From Candidatus Microgenomates bacterium (GTDB lineage: Bacteria; Patescibacteriota; Microgenomatia; UBA8517; JACQJR01): a stretch of 64,000 bases of DNA. The notes below the pieces were generated by a model. The model did no database searches. It saw only the letters and a program-made list of their open reading frames with translations, and was not told the origin of the DNA. Both the position numbers and the translations under genes were made by a program. Shown piece by piece: positions 61,765-64,000 of the stretch. Positions within the stretch are counted from its first letter, which is position 1; every line of letters starts with the position of its first letter. The stretch lies in contig JACQJR010000001.1 in the NCBI GenBank assembly GCA_016204995.1, forward strand, positions 473,666 to 537,665, read 5' to 3'.

Positions 61765-62217
61765 ATGACAGAAATTTATATTGGGGCTGATCATGGAGGT
61801 TACGAATTAAAGGAAGAGCTCAAGAAATATTTGAGTGAGTTGGGGTATCAAGTGGAGGATGTGGGAAATCATCAAGTAGATCCGCAAGATGATTATCCGG
61901 ATTTTATTATTCCGGTAGCTCAAAAAGTGGTGGAAAATTCCGATAGTTTAGGAATAGTTTTAGGCAGATCAGGCAATGGCGAGCAAATCGCCGCCAATAA
62001 AATTAAAGGTATTCGGGCGGCGCTATGTTTAAGCGAAAAAATGGCCGAACTAGCCCGGACTCATAATGATGCTAACGTGTTGTCGTTAGGAGGAGATTTT
62101 GTCAGTGTAGACGAAGCCAAAAAAATTGTTAAAACCTTCCTGGAAACCCCCTTTTCCCAAGAGGAACGGCACAGCCGCAGGATAGATAAAATTAAAGTTT
62201 ACGAGAATCAGCCTTAG
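61765..62217 (+). CDS. rpiB: Ribose-5-phosphate isomerase B
   Basis: IYIGADHGGYELKEELKKYL...GIVLGRSGNGEQIAANKIKGIRAAL is a canonical RpiB/LacAB sequence. Confidence 0.8.
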   Translation: MTEIYIGADHGGYELKEELKKYLSELGYQVEDVGNHQVDPQDDYPDFIIPVAQKVVENSDSLGIVLGRSGNGEQIAANKIKGIRAALCLSEKMAELARTHNDANVLSLGGDFVSVDEAKKIVKTFLETPFSQEERHSRRIDKIKVYENQP

Positions 62218-62293
62218 CTTCTACCTATAATCCTATAGTTTTGATTTGTAGTATTTTAATGGTATAATTAGCCATCCTGAATGGGGTCAGCTT

Positions 62294-63103
62294 ATGAAGA
62301 AGCGCCCAAAGAAAGGGGACAGCCGTGGCAAACGCCCGGGGACAACCTCGGTGGATCGCAGACTGGTAGAGCATACAGTTCAGGCGGTTCCAGGAGACGT
62401 TAGGGAGGAGGTTATCAAAGGCCATCTCAATAACAAAGCACGTTCACATAATTTAATAAGGGAACTTTTAGGGACAGACCCGACGAAGGTTAACCTAGAG
62501 CTTTTCGCTCAAGCTCTGAAAGGCACAAATATTCCTGTAGCAATACGGGAATTTGCCTCGTCAGATATGCTGGAGCAGGTTAAGGCTTTAGGAGGTCAAT
62601 TCGGCGAAGCGTGGATGACCGAAGTACCAGGCGGGGAAACATTTGACCAGCAAAGAGACAGGGTGATAAAATTCTGGTCGTCATGGCACTGGGAGAAAAA
62701 AGAGAAGGTCAGACTGACAATTGAACCCAGTATTGCCTCACAGGTTATCTATTTTCCCAATCTTATTGAAGGCAGTTTAGGCTGTACTTACGACAAGATT
62801 GATGAAGAAGGGAAACTCTGTGCCGACGAAATACGCGACTCATTACCTCATGTGGCAGGACTCCGTTGGATAGTTGGTAATCCACCGACTGTTACCAGAG
62901 TTCTGGCCAATCACTTGCAGGAGACAGGCGAGTATTTATTGCCAAACATTTACACCTGGACGAATGGCAAGTGCCAGCCACAATACGGTCTCCGCCAGTT
63001 GGTCGTTGGTGGCTTCCATGGCGGTGGTGTCGGTGTCGGCAGCCTGCGGTCTGGTCACTGGGATGACGTTGTCGGTCTGTTTGTCTTGGGAGTTCCTGAT
63101 TAG
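62294..63103 (+). CDS. Hypothetical protein with a basic N-terminus and a G/V-rich C-terminus
   Basis: 269 aa ORF. Promoter-like TTGATT-16-TATAAT upstream (62240-62268). Confidence 0.4.
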   Translation: MKKRPKKGDSRGKRPGTTSVDRRLVEHTVQAVPGDVREEVIKGHLNNKARSHNLIRELLGTDPTKVNLELFAQALKGTNIPVAIREFASSDMLEQVKALGGQFGEAWMTEVPGGETFDQQRDRVIKFWSSWHWEKKEKVRLTIEPSIASQVIYFPNLIEGSLGCTYDKIDEEGKLCADEIRDSLPHVAGLRWIVGNPPTVTRVLANHLQETGEYLLPNIYTWTNGKCQPQYGLRQLVVGGFHGGGVGVGSLRSGHWDDVVGLFVLGVPD

Positions 63104-63170
63104 AACGTTAGTTTTGGGTTCTTTGGCCTTTGGCTTGGTCATTGGAGCTTGACACAACGTCATGATTTGG

Positions 63171-63224
63171 GGCCGCGGTAGTGGTGAATTAAAAAATCAT
63201 CAACTACTTGCGGCCCCTTTTTCT
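63171..63224 (+). terminator. Rho-independent terminator candidate downstream of 62294..63103
   Basis: ggccgcggtagt...actacttgcggcc stem, followed by CCTTTTTCTT. Confidence 0.4.
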
Positions 63225-63260
63225 TGGTTGGAAGTGCTAAAATACAATTAGATATTTGTC

Positions 63261-64000
63261 ATGAAACTGCCTAAACTTCAAGATTTAAAGGTCGGGGGTA
63301 AGATAGTTTTGGTACGGGTGGATTTGGATATGCCACTAGTGGATGTGGAAAACAAACAAGATAGGACCCATGAGTTCAAGGTTTTAGATGATAGTAGATT
63401 AAGAACAGCAATTCCTACGATTAAACTTCTTTTAGATAAAGGCGCAGAACATGTTCTGATAATGGGGCATATCGGCAAATTAAAAGTTTCCAGCTTCTGT
63501 TTATATCCAGTTTTAAATAAACTTTTAGGAGAGAGAATGTCTTTTTGGGGAGAGGAGACAATAAATTCTGGTAAACGATTTAAGGCTGATCCAACAGAAG
63601 ATGGAAGAGTTCATCTAATGGAAAACCTTAGATTATTTGAGGGTGAAGAAGAAAATGATCCAGTCTTTGCCAAAAAGCTAGCGTCTTTGGGCGATATCTA
63701 TATTAATGAATCATTTGCTGATTCACATCGGGCGCATGCTTCAATCGTTGGATTACCTAAATTATTACCCCATGCTGCTGGTCTTCATTTAATGGAAGAG
63801 ATAGAAAATTTAAGTAAAGTTTTAGAAAAACCTAAGTCTCCTGTGGTATTTATTATCGGTGGAGCCAAGAGCGATAAAGTGCAATATATAGATAAGCTGC
63901 TTGATCGGGTAGATTGGGTGTTAGTGGGAGGATTATTACCACGGATGGTGGAATCCTATTGCCGGGATGATAACAAAATCTGTGTCATAGCTGCTAAATT
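63261..64000 (+). CDS. pgk: Phosphoglycerate kinase, N-terminal part. Runs off the window end.
   Basis: MKLPKLQDLKVGGKIVLVRVDLDMPL...DSRLRTAIPTIKLLL...NLRLFEGEE...FIIGGAKSDK are conserved PGK motifs. Confidence 0.85.
   Translation, partial: MKLPKLQDLKVGGKIVLVRVDLDMPLVDVENKQDRTHEFKVLDDSRLRTAIPTIKLLLDKGAEHVLIMGHIGKLKVSSFCLYPVLNKLLGERMSFWGEETINSGKRFKADPTEDGRVHLMENLRLFEGEEENDPVFAKKLASLGDIYINESFADSHRAHASIVGLPKLLPHAAGLHLMEEIENLSKVLEKPKSPVVFIIGGAKSDKVQYIDKLLDRVDWVLVGGLLPRMVESYCRDDNKICVIAAK

Overview
AT-rich window with the hallmarks of a small-genome Candidate Phyla Radiation (Patescibacteria)-like bacterium. It contains the chromosomal origin locus: yidC, yidD, rnpA and rpmH on the minus strand, then dnaA and dnaN on the plus strand, with a consensus DnaA box. 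Downstream is a Gram-positive-style type IV secretion/pilus locus. Its parts are a VirB4 ATPase, a membrane-anchored M23 peptidase, a VirB6-like polytopic protein, a secreted protein with a lytic-transglycosylase-like C-terminus, and eight tandem VirB2/TrbC-like pilin paralogs. Each unit of that locus is preceded by a conserved, roughly 110 bp AT-rich intergenic repeat. Next is smpB fused end-to-start with ssrA (tmRNA). Directly 3' of ssrA lies a restriction-modification island: a C-protein gene, a PD-(D/E)xK restriction endonuclease, a convergent MT-A70 N6-adenine methyltransferase, and a HARE-HTH/Mrr-like nuclease. Then come comFC and a tRNA island holding all four tRNA-Ser isoacceptors, two tRNA-Arg and a tRNA-like remnant. 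That island also carries brnT/brnA and higB/higA-like toxin-antitoxin pairs, three NUDIX hydrolases and a GT-C glycosyltransferase. The rest of the window is core genes. These are dnaG and rpoD, a split ATP-citrate-lyase-like operon (sucC-like, sucD-like, citrate-synthase-like), tRNA-Asn, an FKBP isomerase, a DEAD-box helicase, typA and a P-type ATPase. It continues with a second GT-C glycosyltransferase, a Cys-rich repeat protein, CcdA, a cupredoxin, a glutaredoxin, archaeal-type tpiA, rpiB and the start of pgk. Three sequence-level oddities stand out. First, an 18-30 bp GC-rich perfect palindrome is inserted in frame (encoding LPAQAG) in at least four unrelated genes. Second, a heptanucleotide tandem repeat sits inside the sucC-like coding sequence. 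Third, a 220 bp GC-enriched structured intergenic region looks like a candidate ncRNA. No rRNA genes, CRISPR arrays, integrases or transposases were seen.
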